IMG/VR virus record: IMGVR_UViG_3300028844_004840
Location: 32,001 to 96,000 of that record
DNA length: 64,000 nt
Reading direction: 5' to 3' (one strand)
From: a virus
Taxonomy: Duplodnaviria; Caudoviricetes
The stretch's first letter is position 1, and each line of letters begins with the position of its first letter. Positions 27,106 through 37,809 of this stretch are shown here, one piece after another. The notes below the pieces were generated by a model. That model saw only the letters and a list, made by a program, of their open reading frames with translations. It did no database searches and was not told where the DNA came from. The translations under genes were made by a program, and so were the position numbers.

Positions 27106-30100
27106 ATGGAATCCAATGAACTCCGCCTGATTATCAACGCTGCCGCTGCGAAAACTGGCGGCAAGCAATTTGTTGCGGCTATACGACAAGTACAGCAATC
27201 AGTAATGGATCTTGATCGAGATTCTGCGGGATCGTTCACCAAACTAAAAGCCGAAGCTAAAGCGGCAGGAACTGCAGCACGCGCAGCGGGTAAGGAAATC
27301 GGTGCGGCAGGTAAATCCGCCAAAGCAGGCTCGGATGAAGCTGTCGCAGGCCTTTCAAAACAAACCACTGCAGCACAACGCGCCGCCGCCGCGCAGGCCC
27401 AATTCACTGCATCTATGGGCGCAGCACAGCTTGCGTCTGAACGATTACGTGCGCGATTACTCCGTTCGGGAGACGCTGCGGGGGCTGAATTAGTTACAGC
27501 GGCGTACGATAAGTTAAAAGTGTCTACAACAGGTCTGGCAGGGAACACAGAACGTGCTCGCGCTTCGCTGGCGACGTTCAGAGGCACGCTTACGCAGATA
27601 CAAGTAAAAGCGCTAGAAACCGCCAATAGCTTTGGGCGCACATCCGCACAGGCGCAGGCACTAACGGGCGCTGTTGGTCGTGTATCCGGTGCAAGTAATA
27701 ACGCTGCAGGCGGTATCCGCAATGCAGGCGGAGCTGCGCGACAAGCATCCCGCGATTTCCAAACAGCGGCTGGAAGCATGCGTGGATTTGAAAACGCACT
27801 GAACGGCACATTTCAAGCGTCATCACTACTGCGAAATGCTTTCGGAGCGATCACCATCGGCGCATTCACCTCTAGTGTATTTCAAGCTGGCGACGCCCTT
27901 GAGCAATTTAAAACTACGATGGAAGTGGCGAGCGGATCCGTTGCTGCCGCAAGCAGCGACCTAGAGTTTATTGATGGAATGGCAAGCCGTCTCGGTACAA
28001 ACCTTGGCGCGTCCCGCGATGCGTTCTCAAAGTTCGCCGTTTCGGCACAAATTGCAGGCGTTGAAACTGGCCAAACCCGTGAAATATTCGAATCCGTATC
28101 GACCGCCATGGCTGTTCTTGGTAAAGGTACTGAGGATCAGCGTCTAGCTTTCTTAGCCCTAGAGCAAATGATGTCAAAAGGGGTGATCTCCGCCGAAGAG
28201 CTGCGTCGTCAGCTCGGTGAACGCTTACCTGGCGCCGTATCTATCATGGCGAATGCCCTAGGCGTGGGCGTAGGTGAATTACAGGATATGCTTAAAGCGG
28301 GGGAGCTTGTATCCTCAGAGGTTCTGCCCAAATTCGCCCGTGAATTAGATAAGGTTGTCGGATCGCAGTTGGAGCGTACGTTCAACCGAGCCGGATCCAA
28401 CTTAGGCCGTCTACAAGTTGAATTTGCTAAATTGCTGGAAGTAGTGTCGAGTAGCGGATTCTTAGATGAATTATCCTCACAATTTAAAGACCTAACAACA
28501 CTGTTGCGCTCATCTGAGGCAGAGGAAGTCGCCCGCCGCATCGGTCAAGGGATGGCAGATATGGCACGCATGGTCGGAGACGCCGCCCAGTTTATCGTGC
28601 AACATTTAGATACCATCGCCACTGTAGCTAAAACCGTGTTCGGGGGTATCCTTGTACGTCAAATTGGCTTAGCAATTACCGCAATTACCGCGATGGGATC
28701 AGCCTCGAAGGTTTCGGTAGCCGCACACCTATTATTTGGACGCTCCGCCGCTGCTGTCGGAACGCAAATGGCCACTACTACAGGTAAACTGACTGCAGGG
28801 GCAGCAGCTACTACATTGTTTGGCAGCGCATCCGCAGGCGCGGCAGGTAAAGTTAGACTTCTAGGTGCAGGTATGGGACTCCTGCGCGGATCTTTCGCGT
28901 TTCTAACTGGACCAGTCGGGCTGGCACTTACCGCCTTAACGCTTCTTCCTGCCATTTTCAGTGATGCAGGTAATGCTGCTGAAAATACATCCGCGCAGTA
29001 TGAAAAAGCTATGCAGCGCATGAATACAGCAAGCTTCGATTTCTTGGATACTGCTCGTCAGATCGGAGAGCTTACACCGTTTGATCGATTAAATCAAACC
29101 CTTGGCGCGCTATCCGAAGGACGCGTTATAATTGAGGAGCTGGCTTCTTCCGGAACGTTTTTGACTAATCTCGCTGACAATATGCGCGATCTAACAGAAG
29201 CAACGCAGGGAACGGGAGCGGCTGCAGAGGTTTCTGGATTAACAACGCTTGTAGAAGACCTTCTGGCTATGAACCTGACTGCCCCAGAAGCGGCTGACAA
29301 GGTTAATGAAATCTCGGATGCGATGAACGCGTTGAACGGTTCTGGAGAATTGGGGGACAACTTTTCCGAGCTGAAAACATTGGGCGACACCTTGAATCCG
29401 CTGGGACAGGCCATCCTAACGTTCAGTGGATCAATGAAGGAAGCCGACACAATCGCTGGAGATCTGGGTGGCACACTTTCAGATCTCAATGTAAAACAGG
29501 GAGAGCTTTTTGCGGCGCAAGAACTGCTGATCACCGGGCAGGGCAATTTAAATAACATGTCAGCCGAGACAGCCGCTGCATTTGATGGGCTGGCGAACGG
29601 TCCTATCGTTGGTTTAGTCAGCCAAATGAGCCAGCTTGAACAGCGTATGCAGCGTATTTCTAACTTAAATGGTTCTGGTGTACGCGTAAATGAACTTGTA
29701 ACTAATTTACAACTACTGAGACTGACGTTCGACGGCACGCAAGAATCCATCGATGAGTATGCAGCCCACTTGGAAGAGGCACGCGCTAAGGCACAGCAAG
29801 TCGCTGATAATGATTCGCTTTCTCGCCGTCTCAGAGAAGATGCAGCAGCCGCCTTAGAGGCAATCAGTGAAGCGGAAGCGTACGTAAATTCCTTATTGAA
29901 TCTACAGGCGCAGGGAGATACAACTGCTGCGGCGCAGGAGAATTTACGCAATAACGTAAACGGAGCGAGCGGTGCCATGAGCAACGCCTCCGCAGTCGCA
30001 TACGAATATGCAGGGGCGCTTGCGGTGGTTGCGTCGGCGCAGGCAAACGTTTCAGACATTTCAACTGATTTCCGAGAACAAAACCGTCTTCGCGTAGAAT

Positions 30101-31752
30101 TATCCACGCTTGAAGGCGAGGCGCGTGCAGTATTCCAAGATCAAAACTTCGGTAACACTGCGCGCGAAGTCGCGGCAGTAAATAAAGAAATAGCAGCAGC
30201 CGAGGACACAATACGAAGCCTATCTACAACAGGTGACGCAATGGGTGCGGAACTCGCCCCCATCAACGCAGAGATTGTGAAATTGTACGATGAACGTGCC
30301 CAAATCATGGCAGAGGGAGAAGCCGCAACAACGTCGATTTTTCAGAACAATGAAGCCCGCGCAGCGGCGCGTCGTGAAAGCCCGCGTAGCAAACGCGGTG
30401 GTGGAGGCGGTAGTAAAGGCGGTAAATCAGATGCTGCTAAAGCGCTAGAAGCAGAACAGAAAGCATACGAACAAGCCGAAAAAGCGCTTAAAGACTACGT
30501 CTTAGGGCTGCAGGATGAGTCAATCGCACTGTCACTCGTTACAACTGGACGAGCGTCTTCCACCGAAGCCGCTAGTCTTTTAATTGAAGCGCAGCGTTTA
30601 GGTGTAATTACTTCCGACGAGCAAGCAGACGCATTCCTGCGTCAGGCACGCGCTGCGGAAGAACTCAAGAGAGAAATGGAAGCGCTTGCAAATGACCCTG
30701 TAAAGCAGTGGCTTGCGAGTGTCCCTGCATGGCGCGAAGCTGGGCAGCAAATCGAAGTAGGCGTGTTCGAATCACTCAGTGATTCTATTTCAAACTTTAT
30801 CAAAACAGGTCAATTTAGTTTCGAAGCTTTAGGAGAGTCAATTTTGAGCACGGTATCCGATATTGTTGCGGATAAAGCCGTTAAGGAGTTGGCAACACTA
30901 TTTGGCGGAGGTGAAAATGGTTTTGATCTGGGTGGGATACTGAGCGGAGCCTTTGCTTCTACGGGTGATGACACGGGCGGAATAGATATTGCATCGGCAG
31001 ACCAGTCGGCTGTTATCCAAAATGCCCACAACCTTGGAGGACAGCAGGTTGCTAACGCAATCCAGCAAGCGTTCACAGGAGTGTCTGGACAACTACGCAC
31101 CGACATAAAAAGCGGTGGCTCAGAAGCTGCGGCGAAATTAAAGACAGGCTTACAGACGGGCGGAACAGTCGCGTCGACTCAAATGGGAACACAGGTTAGA
31201 ACTGCTGCAACGTCTGGGGCAGGTAATATGCACAACAAAATTGTTACAGCGTCACGTACAGGGGCATCTGCGATGGGATCAGCAATTGCATCCAGTTCAG
31301 GTGCGCCCGGTGGAGGGGGTTTATTAGGACTCTTCGGAGGCGGCGAAGGCGGTGGCTTATTCGGCGGCGGAGGCGGTGGTGGAAGTTTAGACTCTATACT
31401 ATCCTTTGCCACGGGGTTCTTCTCGGAAGGAGGGATGTCTACAAGTCCAGTTGCAACTCAATCCGTACCCGCATCTGCATTCAAAAACGCACCACACTTT
31501 AGTCGCGGCACCGCGAACACTTCGGGAATACCTGCAATGCTGCACGACAATGAAGCAGTTGTACCGTTGTCAGGGGGTCGAAAGATTCCTGTTGACTTGG
31601 GGGATGCAGGTGGTGTAGGAGGTGGTTCTACTGTAATAAATCAATCGTTCAATATCACGACACCAGACTCTGACAGCTTCCGACGCTCTCAATCACAAAC
31701 CGCCGCTGACGCGGCTGGTGCTGCTAATCGTGCTCTTAGAGCGAATACATGA
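27106..31752 (+). CDS. tape measure protein
   Basis: ALEQMMSKGVISAEELRRQLGERLPGA tape-measure motif; 1548 aa, Ala-rich; C-terminal PAMLH..E.VVP. Confidence 0.95.
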   Translation: MESNELRLIINAAAAKTGGKQFVAAIRQVQQSVMDLDRDSAGSFTKLKAEAKAAGTAARAAGKEIGAAGKSAKAGSDEAVAGLSKQTTAAQRAAAAQAQFTASMGAAQLASERLRARLLRSGDAAGAELVTAAYDKLKVSTTGLAGNTERARASLATFRGTLTQIQVKALETANSFGRTSAQAQALTGAVGRVSGASNNAAGGIRNAGGAARQASRDFQTAAGSMRGFENALNGTFQASSLLRNAFGAITIGAFTSSVFQAGDALEQFKTTMEVASGSVAAASSDLEFIDGMASRLGTNLGASRDAFSKFAVSAQIAGVETGQTREIFESVSTAMAVLGKGTEDQRLAFLALEQMMSKGVISAEELRRQLGERLPGAVSIMANALGVGVGELQDMLKAGELVSSEVLPKFARELDKVVGSQLERTFNRAGSNLGRLQVEFAKLLEVVSSSGFLDELSSQFKDLTTLLRSSEAEEVARRIGQGMADMARMVGDAAQFIVQHLDTIATVAKTVFGGILVRQIGLAITAITAMGSASKVSVAAHLLFGRSAAAVGTQMATTTGKLTAGAAATTLFGSASAGAAGKVRLLGAGMGLLRGSFAFLTGPVGLALTALTLLPAIFSDAGNAAENTSAQYEKAMQRMNTASFDFLDTARQIGELTPFDRLNQTLGALSEGRVIIEELASSGTFLTNLADNMRDLTEATQGTGAAAEVSGLTTLVEDLLAMNLTAPEAADKVNEISDAMNALNGSGELGDNFSELKTLGDTLNPLGQAILTFSGSMKEADTIAGDLGGTLSDLNVKQGELFAAQELLITGQGNLNNMSAETAAAFDGLANGPIVGLVSQMSQLEQRMQRISNLNGSGVRVNELVTNLQLLRLTFDGTQESIDEYAAHLEEARAKAQQVADNDSLSRRLREDAAAALEAISEAEAYVNSLLNLQAQGDTTAAAQENLRNNVNGASGAMSNASAVAYEYAGALAVVASAQANVSDISTDFREQNRLRVELSTLEGEARAVFQDQNFGNTAREVAAVNKEIAAAEDTIRSLSTTGDAMGAELAPINAEIVKLYDERAQIMAEGEAATTSIFQNNEARAAARRESPRSKRGGGGGSKGGKSDAAKALEAEQKAYEQAEKALKDYVLGLQDESIALSLVTTGRASSTEAASLLIEAQRLGVITSDEQADAFLRQARAAEELKREMEALANDPVKQWLASVPAWREAGQQIEVGVFESLSDSISNFIKTGQFSFEALGESILSTVSDIVADKAVKELATLFGGGENGFDLGGILSGAFASTGDDTGGIDIASADQSAVIQNAHNLGGQQVANAIQQAFTGVSGQLRTDIKSGGSEAAAKLKTGLQTGGTVASTQMGTQVRTAATSGAGNMHNKIVTASRTGASAMGSAIASSSGAPGGGGLLGLFGGGEGGGLFGGGGGGGSLDSILSFATGFFSEGGMSTSPVATQSVPASAFKNAPHFSRGTANTSGIPAMLHDNEAVVPLSGGRKIPVDLGDAGGVGGGSTVINQSFNITTPDSDSFRRSQSQTAADAAGAANRALRANT

Positions 31753-31756
31753 TCCC

Positions 31757-31785
31757 TTGACAGGGGCGATATAAATTGCTAAGGC
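31757..31785 (+). promoter_or_regulatory. sigma70-like promoter, possibly leaderless transcript
   Basis: TTGACA-N17-TAAGGC, ATG begins 7 nt after the -10. Confidence 0.5.
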
Positions 31786-31791
31786 GTAAAC

Positions 31792-33156
31792 ATGGCACTA
31801 GGTTTTCATAATGTTAGATTCCCCACTGATGTAAGCTTTGGATCGCAGGGCGGACCAGAATTCAAGACGCAGGTATTCACCTCACACAGAGGGTACGAAA
31901 AACGCAACATTGAATGGTCTCAACCGATGATGCGATTCAACGTTGCCTACGGAATAAAAACCGACGAACAGATGATGCAGGTTCTTGAGTTTTTTAACGC
32001 CCGCCAAGGACAGGCGTACGCTTTCCGATATAAGAACTGGGGAAATTTCCAAGTAGTTAACGAAGCCATCGCCACTGGGGATGGTACATCGACAAGTCTA
32101 CCTCTTTGGAAGTTTTATGGCTTTCAAGGCGCACGTCAGTATAAACGTCTGCGTAAGATTGTTAGAGGAACTGTAACGGGTGTTGGTATCGGCGCAGTAG
32201 GTGCCCTCGTAGAGGGTATTGACTACAACGTAAATTACGATGAAGGTGAGATTGCCTTAAATCAAGCGCCTGGATATGCTGTTCCTATATATGCCTCCAC
32301 ACTGGAATTCGATGAGCCAGTGCGATTCGCCCAAGATTCTGTTCAAAATGTAATTGATCAGTACAACAATAACTCACTAAATAGATTAGATTTAATTACG
32401 GTTCGCGCACCATTTACGTCTGGACAGGTGTTTGCCCCCAATCAAGCTAATAATATCTCCGACCCATATTTCGACAAAGTTAGATTACTGCTAAATTTTG
32501 ATGATATTGAAACACCTACTACTACCGTAGATAATTCGGATTTAAGTATTCCTGTAACTTTGACGTCACCAGCGACGCTCGAAACGGTGTCGCATAGTGG
32601 TTCAGGATCATTCAGTGCAGGCGTAGATGGACGCCTACAAACCCCCGGAACCCCGTTCAATCTATCACCTCTACAGCCGTTCACGTTAGAGGTATTTGCA
32701 CAACACCCGCCAGAGACAGGCGGAGAAAACACCCAACAGATCATTGGAAAATGGGACGAAATAAATAACAACCGTTGTTGGGAACTTCGCTATAAAAAGG
32801 AAACCCAAGAGATACAGTTTGCGGTATCTACTGACGGAACAGATGAACGAGTTGTACTTACCTTCCCATGGGCGGTCGGTGTCGCAGAAGACTTCGATTA
32901 CATCACGGTAGATCGACTTACAAATAATTGGTACGTCATGCGTATAAAGGGACAGGTAGTGGCTTCTAGACAGGACTTTTCGGAAGTAAACGACGACGTC
33001 TTTACACTATTAACTGTTGGCCACGCATCAAATCCTGCAGCAAGCACGGGGGCGTATCAGGGTTTGATCGATTCTGTCCGATTGACTGTGGGACGCGCAC
33101 GTCACCTAGATTTTAATGCAATTACAGTGCCTGGACCATACAGCGTCACAGGTTGA
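31792..33156 (+). CDS. distal tail protein DUF2460 (GTA-like) fused to a LamG-like domain
   Basis: FH.VRFP..VSFGS.GGPEF.T, FFNAR.G....FRYK.W, EFDEPVRF. Confidence 0.85.
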   Translation: MALGFHNVRFPTDVSFGSQGGPEFKTQVFTSHRGYEKRNIEWSQPMMRFNVAYGIKTDEQMMQVLEFFNARQGQAYAFRYKNWGNFQVVNEAIATGDGTSTSLPLWKFYGFQGARQYKRLRKIVRGTVTGVGIGAVGALVEGIDYNVNYDEGEIALNQAPGYAVPIYASTLEFDEPVRFAQDSVQNVIDQYNNNSLNRLDLITVRAPFTSGQVFAPNQANNISDPYFDKVRLLLNFDDIETPTTTVDNSDLSIPVTLTSPATLETVSHSGSGSFSAGVDGRLQTPGTPFNLSPLQPFTLEVFAQHPPETGGENTQQIIGKWDEINNNRCWELRYKKETQEIQFAVSTDGTDERVVLTFPWAVGVAEDFDYITVDRLTNNWYVMRIKGQVVASRQDFSEVNDDVFTLLTVGHASNPAASTGAYQGLIDSVRLTVGRARHLDFNAITVPGPYSVTG

Positions 33157-33206
33157 CTTATCCGCACATTGTGTGGTAGTTTCCGATGAAAGAAGGAAAA
33201 TAACAT

Positions 33207-34217
33207 ATGACAATACTTGTTTGTGGTGCAGAGGGTGATTGGGCACTTTTCGAGAACACACTAGATCCCTTGGGTGCTGACGATAAACGTCGCGGGTCAG
33301 TGCGCGTTAACACGGGCCAGCAGATGTTTAAGGAATGGGTCGGGACGGATGATATCTGGGTACACGTCCGCGCCGCCGGACCGCGTACCACCAGCAATAC
33401 CGGAGACGGACTTCCGTGGCTGTCAGTACGAGCATCGGACGGTACTACACTATTGTCGCTGGTTGACGCCAATATTGATTTCTCCACTAACAGACCGTCA
33501 CAAATATATCGCCGAAAAAGAGTCGCCGACGCGGAAACGCCCAACGCAGAGATCTTCACATCAGCCCCAAATGAATTCAACAACTACGATATACGATTTC
33601 AGCGTGCTACAACAACTGATTTGTACGACACGATGACTATGTCCGTGTATATTGATGAAGTCCTGCGTTTTCAAGAAGTAAACACTGATCCTACAGGGTG
33701 GCCTCCACTAAGTCAATTACTTTTGGCCCCCCGCCATACAAACGGATCGCACGACGAGATGTACTATCAGGATGTGATCGTCACAGATTCGTTACCCACG
33801 GTTGGGATGGAATTAGCGACCCTCGTTCCATCTGCGGTGGGTCAGTATAACGAATTTGTGAATGACTACACCAACATTGATGATCTAGGTTATGACCAAT
33901 CCACGGTCATTTCTGCACCTACATCTGGCATACGTGAGAGCTGGGTTTTTGCAACACCAGAATTTGATCTTAGTGATAAAGTCATTTACGGACTCGTTAC
34001 AAACACGGTGGCACAGACCGATGTAGCAGGAGTGGTCGGGGATTTTCAGCCTTTTATTCGTATTGGGATCACAGATTATGACGCCGACGTGAGCCTTGGA
34101 TCAAACAATATTGCTCCGAACAGCTATGTCACTGAGTATCGCATAAATCCTGAGACAGGACAACCGTGGACACAACTACAGCTTTCAGGCCTCCAGTCGG
34201 GCGTGCGTGCTGTATAG
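33207..34217 (+). CDS. virion tail-associated protein
   Basis: Ends NPETGQPWT..QL..LQSGV, typical of phage tail accessory proteins. Confidence 0.65.
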   Translation: MTILVCGAEGDWALFENTLDPLGADDKRRGSVRVNTGQQMFKEWVGTDDIWVHVRAAGPRTTSNTGDGLPWLSVRASDGTTLLSLVDANIDFSTNRPSQIYRRKRVADAETPNAEIFTSAPNEFNNYDIRFQRATTTDLYDTMTMSVYIDEVLRFQEVNTDPTGWPPLSQLLLAPRHTNGSHDEMYYQDVIVTDSLPTVGMELATLVPSAVGQYNEFVNDYTNIDDLGYDQSTVISAPTSGIRESWVFATPEFDLSDKVIYGLVTNTVAQTDVAGVVGDFQPFIRIGITDYDADVSLGSNNIAPNSYVTEYRINPETGQPWTQLQLSGLQSGVRAV

Positions 34218-34229
34218 TAAGGTAATATA

Positions 34230-35156
34230 ATGCCTAATGAAATTCCCAGTAACACTGGATACGTTGTGGGTACTAATCACAGTGCCATTTCTGATTTAAA
34301 GGGATACTCTCTAAGTGCCTTCTCCGCCGTTGGCACCGTATCAAAATTTGGATCACAGGCCGTTTTAGCGCCATCTTCCAGTTTGCAGCGTACGCAGAGC
34401 TACGTTCCATTGGTAAACCCTGCGGCTGCGGTTGATTCTAATACTTACGCTGTGTCTGGCTCGGGAGCGCTACACGCGACTGTTACGGCACAGAAAGGTG
34501 CGGTGGTGATGCAATCATTCTTTCCCCCACACGAGGATCTTATAACAACGATTCCATTCGTTGCACAGCGATTTCCGGAGTGTGTTTCGTACGGATCCTC
34601 CGGCGGGCCGGGGTTCAAAACAACAGTGTTCGAGGTGGACAGTGGTCTTACTTCCACAGAGATCGAGTGGGACAGCATACGTTCCGAATTCGAAGTATCC
34701 TTTGACCACGTACCTCCTAACGACATTGCATCCGTGGAGAGTTTTTTCTATGGCATGCGCGGGAGAGGTGTTGGGTTTCTTTATAAAGATTGGTCTGATT
34801 TTACTATATCCAACCAAAATTTTTTAGTGGGCGACGGTATCGAGCAGAGGTTCCAGCTATTCAAGCGATATAATTCTGGTGGGTATATATTTGACCGTAT
34901 CATACGAAAACCCGTAGTGGGGACAGCGGTGATAGCAGTAAATGGTGTAGTCCTAATTGACAATCAGGATTATTTTATAAATGAATCCACAGGAGAAATA
35001 TCATTCGTCGTCCCCCCGCCCGCCAACGCTCTGGGCACAGTTATTTTCGCAGAATTTGATGTTTCTGTTCGCTTTGATTCCGACTTCTTAAACGTGTCGT
35101 ATGATGATCATCAACAACTTAATATATCCGGCTTACCTTTGATTGAGATACTATAA
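34230..35156 (+). CDS. second DUF2460 distal tail protein
   Basis: RFP..VSYGSSGGP.F.T, FF..MRGR..GF.YKDW.D, EFDV.VRFD. Confidence 0.85.
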   Translation: MPNEIPSNTGYVVGTNHSAISDLKGYSLSAFSAVGTVSKFGSQAVLAPSSSLQRTQSYVPLVNPAAAVDSNTYAVSGSGALHATVTAQKGAVVMQSFFPPHEDLITTIPFVAQRFPECVSYGSSGGPGFKTTVFEVDSGLTSTEIEWDSIRSEFEVSFDHVPPNDIASVESFFYGMRGRGVGFLYKDWSDFTISNQNFLVGDGIEQRFQLFKRYNSGGYIFDRIIRKPVVGTAVIAVNGVVLIDNQDYFINESTGEISFVVPPPANALGTVIFAEFDVSVRFDSDFLNVSYDDHQQLNISGLPLIEIL

Positions 35157-37366
35157 TGAAAACCGTCCCGACAACACTCCAGACACACCTAAACCAAGAG
35201 GTGACCACGCTGTGCACGTGCTGGAGAATAACACGTACAAATGGATCTAAACTGTTTTTCACGGACTCTGACGAAGACGTCGTTGAGGGTGGAGACCGCT
35301 ACTTATCAATTGGGGCGTACAGACGAACCGCCATTGAAAGCACCGCCACACTGTCGGTAGATAATCTAGAAGTAACCGGAGTAGCAAACCAGCTTGTGCT
35401 ACCAGAAAATGAACTACAAGCAGGACTATTCGACAATGCAGAAGTGAATATTTTTGTCACTTCGTGGCAAGGTGGCGTTTCTGGGGAGTTGAAGATGCGT
35501 CGCGGGTTTTTCGGCGACGTCCAATCTATGCCTAACGGGACGTACCAAGTCGAACTACGCGGACTGATGCAGCGATTGGGCTACACGTACACAGACATAT
35601 TTACGTCGAGCTGTCGTCTCGACTTAGGCGAAAGATCCTGTGGTATCCCAATTCCGCGCGGTCAAATGGAGCGTGATACTTCTTATGAGGTGGGAGATGT
35701 TGTCATTGCTCCCAATGCAGGGCAGCAAGATAACGTAGGAACATATAGAAAAATGCCCATCGGCGACGCCAGTTTTGAGCAGGTTGGTGATGCTGAACCT
35801 ACGCCTTCTGTGTACTGGAGATCTGTTGGAAATGTTGATCCCACGTTTCCTGATATCCAACCAGTACAAGGAACCCATGTTCTAAGAGGTGGGGACGGCG
35901 TTACAGATATCATTCAGGACATCGATCTAGTGGATTCCATTGGGATAGCAGCGAAAACTATTGACGACAACAAGGCAACTGCAACCCTGTATGGATGGCG
36001 TCGTGACACCGACGGTGCTGGTCGTTTTCGTATGCAGTTCCTTGATTGTGATATGAGAGATCTGGGATACGGTAGAGCAGTGCTCGCAGGCGCGTCGAAA
36101 ATGACGGCAAGCACTCCAATTGTACTGGGCGGCGATTTTACCGCAGAGGCTTGGGTATACTTAAACGCAACCGCCGATGCATCTGCTGCAGGGATTGGCG
36201 GCGCAGAAACAACTGCGGATGAGTACGCGGATATTCGTTTTAATCCTCCTAGATTATTTCACAAAATCAGCGTCGCAAGCAGCGTGTCTTACGGCACATC
36301 TTCACAAGAGTTAAATGTTGGACAGTGGTACCACGTTGCAGTGTCTCGCCGCGCGTCGGATGGGCAGGTAACAACGTACATAGATGGAATCGAGAAAGGC
36401 CAGTCATCTGGATACACGGACCCATTTACACTAGATTTCTTGATGGCTACCACGGCGGGAACCACAGATGCCATATATGATGAACTCCGTGTCTGGGATG
36501 TGGTTCGAGCGGGTTACGAAATTCGCGATAACATGAAGAAAACTATTTCCGAAACAACGCAAGGACTGATTCATTACTGGCGTTTTAACGATTCGGATGG
36601 CGCTGCTGTAACAGGAACCGTTACTGTAAATACAGGCTTAAACGCTTTTGAAGGAGGCACCATCGCGCCAGTAGCATCAGCTATGATACACACCCCACAT
36701 GTGTCCACAATAGGAACTGGATTTGAGAATGTGGGGGATGTGTGGATACTACGTGAATTGGCTAATAGACCTATCCCTGTAGGCGCTCGTTACGTACAAA
36801 TCTGCTTCGATGCTACCAGTACTGGAAACTATCTTGATAGTGTGTTTGGCTGGACCGTAGACCGTACTGGTGTTGAAATGCCGAGCATCTTATCCGAAAA
36901 CACCTATTATTCTTGCACGGTGGCGGGTACTACCGGAACTACACTACCTGTTCTGGGTGTGGATACTATCGTAGACGGGGGAGCAACGTTCACACGCGCT
37001 GATGATTCTTTTTCACGTGGGGGGCTTGTCACATCTTCCGAAGGCGCGCGTGTATTCACGGCAATCGTGGAGGATACACGTGCGGTCGATGCGTGGTTTA
37101 ACGGAGGGGTTGTAACTTTCGAAACAGGTGCAAACAAGGGAGCTTCCATGGAGGTGAAAAACTGGATGCAAGCTGACGGAAAGCTTGAATTGTTTCTTTC
37201 CATGCCGTTCAATGTCGAGGCAGGGGACCTTTTCCGCGTATATCCGGGGTGTGATAAATCCCGTATATCATGTGCAGCTATTTTTAAAAATATAATAAAT
37301 TTTCGCGGTTATCCAGATGTTCCTGGACAAGACGATTTGTACCGTTATCCGGATGCGCGCCAATGA
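35156..37366 (+). CDS. baseplate hub protein DUF2163 (GTA-like) with inserted LamG-like domain
   Basis: TTLC.CW.I.R..G....FTD, C..DLG...C, PGCDK....C...F.N..NFRG.P.VPG. Confidence 0.85.
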   Translation: MKTVPTTLQTHLNQEVTTLCTCWRITRTNGSKLFFTDSDEDVVEGGDRYLSIGAYRRTAIESTATLSVDNLEVTGVANQLVLPENELQAGLFDNAEVNIFVTSWQGGVSGELKMRRGFFGDVQSMPNGTYQVELRGLMQRLGYTYTDIFTSSCRLDLGERSCGIPIPRGQMERDTSYEVGDVVIAPNAGQQDNVGTYRKMPIGDASFEQVGDAEPTPSVYWRSVGNVDPTFPDIQPVQGTHVLRGGDGVTDIIQDIDLVDSIGIAAKTIDDNKATATLYGWRRDTDGAGRFRMQFLDCDMRDLGYGRAVLAGASKMTASTPIVLGGDFTAEAWVYLNATADASAAGIGGAETTADEYADIRFNPPRLFHKISVASSVSYGTSSQELNVGQWYHVAVSRRASDGQVTTYIDGIEKGQSSGYTDPFTLDFLMATTAGTTDAIYDELRVWDVVRAGYEIRDNMKKTISETTQGLIHYWRFNDSDGAAVTGTVTVNTGLNAFEGGTIAPVASAMIHTPHVSTIGTGFENVGDVWILRELANRPIPVGARYVQICFDATSTGNYLDSVFGWTVDRTGVEMPSILSENTYYSCTVAGTTGTTLPVLGVDTIVDGGATFTRADDSFSRGGLVTSSEGARVFTAIVEDTRAVDAWFNGGVVTFETGANKGASMEVKNWMQADGKLELFLSMPFNVEAGDLFRVYPGCDKSRISCAAIFKNIINFRGYPDVPGQDDLYRYPDARQ

Positions 37367-37809
37367 CACCAGCAAACGATATAGTAGAATACGCCAGAAC
37401 GTGGCTTGGATGTAAGTGGCGTCACCAAGGACGTGGCGAGGGCACGCCCCCTACACTGGATTGTGCGGGTCTTTTAATTTTGACTGCAAGACATTTTAAT
37501 CTACCTCACGAAGATTTGAAAGGATACGGACGAAACCCCGCACGTGCGTTCATACAACAAATAGAAACGTTTACCGATCAAGGAGACTTGAACGGACCGA
37601 TGCATGGGGCAATAGGCGTATTTAACGACACCGTCATGCCTTGTCATACAGGAATATTTTCACAACACGATAATGGAGACCTGTACGTAATTCACGCTGA
37701 ATGTAAGCCACGTCGTGTATGTCACGAAGAATCATTTGGAAAATCATTTCCATCATTGCGCGACCGATTAGTCTCTGTTCGCTTGTTTAAGGATGTAGAA
37801 TATGTCTAG
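37363..37809 (+). CDS. NlpC/P60 tail-associated peptidase
   Basis: AR.WLG..WRHQGR, DCAGL, H.GI, IHA. Confidence 0.9.
   Translation: MTPANDIVEYARTWLGCKWRHQGRGEGTPPTLDCAGLLILTARHFNLPHEDLKGYGRNPARAFIQQIETFTDQGDLNGPMHGAIGVFNDTVMPCHTGIFSQHDNGDLYVIHAECKPRRVCHEESFGKSFPSLRDRLVSVRLFKDVEYV

Noticed and set aside
27015-30107. Long minus-strand ORFs (264 aa, 337 aa) opposite the tape measure gene
   Set aside because: Antisense shadows of an Ala-rich gene; no SD or family motifs. The same applies to most short overlapping ORFs in the track.
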